Shown here one piece after another: positions 32,735-34,512 of a DNA stretch of 34,512 nt. The notes below the pieces were generated by a model. That model had not been told where the DNA came from. It ran no database searches and worked only from the letters and a program-made list of their open reading frames with translations. How positions within the stretch are numbered: the first letter of the stretch is position 1; every line of letters begins with the position of its first letter. Where the stretch lies: assembly GCF_018977255.1 (NCBI RefSeq), contig NW_024705561.1, positions 1 through 34,512 of the forward strand. The letters are read 5' to 3'. A program made the translations under genes and the position numbers. Source of the DNA: Callorhinchus milii (Eukaryota).

Positions 32735-34230
32735 TACGATCAAGAAGCATTTAGCTTGTACAGCCATCCACATGAGCGCACACATTAGGAATTGATTGAA
32801 AACTCTTGATTTAACTACACAAATTATTCTGTTCCAGAGTGCTGATGAAATGTTGCATGGATAGAATATATAAATAGCTGTAACTGGAATTAATAATAAG
32901 AATCCTTGTATTGGACAGAGTGCATCTCCAAACATCTCAGTAGAACATAATATTTTACGGCAAGGACTCTCCATGTAGGCAAACGAGTCAGCTTCTCGTC
33001 ACACAATCAGCCTTGAATGAGTGAACAATTTTATTTTGCAGGCCGTATGCTAGGAAACTAGGAAAATGTCTCTTTCCCTTTCACGCAAAATACCAAAAAA
33101 TCTGCTTGCGGGTCCGTCTCAAGCCAAAGCAAATCCGAAATCCTGCTCTGCAAAAACACTTGTGAAAATATCCAAAAAAGACCAAACTATCCACGCCAAC
33201 AACAAATTTAAATAATTACTTATCTGGAATTGAAGCCTCACTACTTTCATGGAGATAGAAAACCTGCTTAACTGACGCCGCAGAGTAACTTTGCAAGAAA
33301 CGAAGCTTTTCGACCCAATAAGTAAGCGCATTTGCAAATTTGTTTCACTAAAATATCCAAACTAGACTGGGAGATCTACAAATGCAATCCATTTAAACGA
33401 TAAATGTCTAAGCCACACCGTGTCTCGGACAGAAAGGACATTCTCTCACTTAAATTACTTACTTACCTGCCTACCTACACCTGCCTACCTACCTACCAAC
33501 CTACTACCGTCCTTCCTTCCTTCCTTCCTTCATTCATATGCCTTCTGTTTACATTCACGAAGTATTTACTTTGAGCAGCAACTCACATTATTACACAGAA
33601 TACTTGTCGATGGATCACTATTGGTTTCACTAATCAAATTATTCCACTCTAATCAGTTTGCAAATGCACTGCTGCATTGACATCATGTACTGTAGACAGT
33701 ATCTTGAATTAATAGTAAGCATCCTTGCATTGGACCGAAAGCATCTAAAAATATTTCAGTACCGCAGAATATTTTCCTGGAAACGCTCTAATTTGTAGGC
33801 AAATCAGTAAGCTTGTCAGCACACAAGCAGCCTTGAATGAATGAGGAATTATATCTGCGAGACTCTATGCAGGAAACCAGGCAAAATATCCTTCCCTTTT
33901 AAGAGAATGCCATCAGGTTTTCTCACAGATAATTACCGAGGCCAACTGCAAACCCTGAAATCCAGTTCGGCAAATTCCTTTGTGAAAACTTCCAAACAGG
34001 GTCCACCTATCCACAAGACTAAATATTCAAATCACTCCGTGTCCGGATTTGAACAGTCATACTCTCCCTGGAGGCGCAAACCCTCTCAACTGACACCACA
34101 GTCTTTTTGGAGCAGATTTGCGTGAAGCAAACCTTCGGGACAAAAGAAGAAGGCTCACCTGCAAATTTTGCTGTGACTAAAATATCCCGGCTATACTTAA
34201 AGATCTACAAATGGAACTGTTTAAAATTCG
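32735..34230. repeat. Diverged direct duplication (~32735-33400 and ~33550-34230)
   Basis: Colinear shared blocks at 815-830 bp offset: CAAATTATTC, ATCCTTGyATTGGAC, CAGCCTTGAATGA, ACTAAAATATCC, AGATCTACAAATG. Confidence 0.85.
33455..33540. repeat. Compound tetranucleotide microsatellite (TACT)(CCTA)(CCTT)
   Basis: Directly visible. Confidence 0.85.
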
Positions 34231-34512
34231 GCATCTTTGGCTTCTCATTATAAAGAAAGAGTTCCTTAATTGAAGCCAAAACGCGAGCACTGGGTTTGAG
34301 TGTCTCCAGTGTGACTAACATAGCGCTAGAAAGTAGGCTGTCTGACTTGGAGGGGAGAGAGTGCTGCAAACAGGCTCAGTATGAACACTTTACTACATAT
34401 GCCCCAAAGTAACATACTGGTTAAATCAGTTGCCAGTAACTCCAACAGCGGCGAGAACCGGATAGTAAATGTATTGAATCCTGTAAATTAGTGGAACTGT
34501 CATTCTGACAGA

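Overview
Vertebrate genomic DNA, almost certainly from a cartilaginous fish (probably a holocephalan; inferred from the cluster-type IgH organisation and the L2/CR1/tRNA-SINE landscape). The core is one complete, unrearranged, apparently intact immunoglobulin heavy-chain cluster on the minus strand: leader (17899-17854), V (17737-17432), three short D segments, one J (15748-15710), only two constant exons resembling IgM Cmu3 and Cmu4 (11962-11651; 11160-10769 including a secretory tailpiece), TM1 (8751-8621) and a probable TM2 (8078-8070). No Cmu1 or Cmu2 exon is visible. The V carries camelid-VHH-like FR2 substitutions (F37/Q44/R45/K47) and the J has Met in place of the conserved Trp, which together point to a heavy-chain-only IgM derivative. 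The third D sits between two heptamer-to-heptamer copies of the D2-J spacer, the structure expected from a germline RAG signal joint. Upstream, also on the minus strand, are a GPR139/142-like class A GPCR pseudogene (23294-22393) and an open GPCR main exon (29800-28884). The remainder is L2 and CR1 LINE fragments, tRNA-derived SINEs, microsatellites, 18-, 27- and ~55-bp tandem repeats and two diverged local duplications. All coordinates were read by eye; repeat boundaries are approximate.
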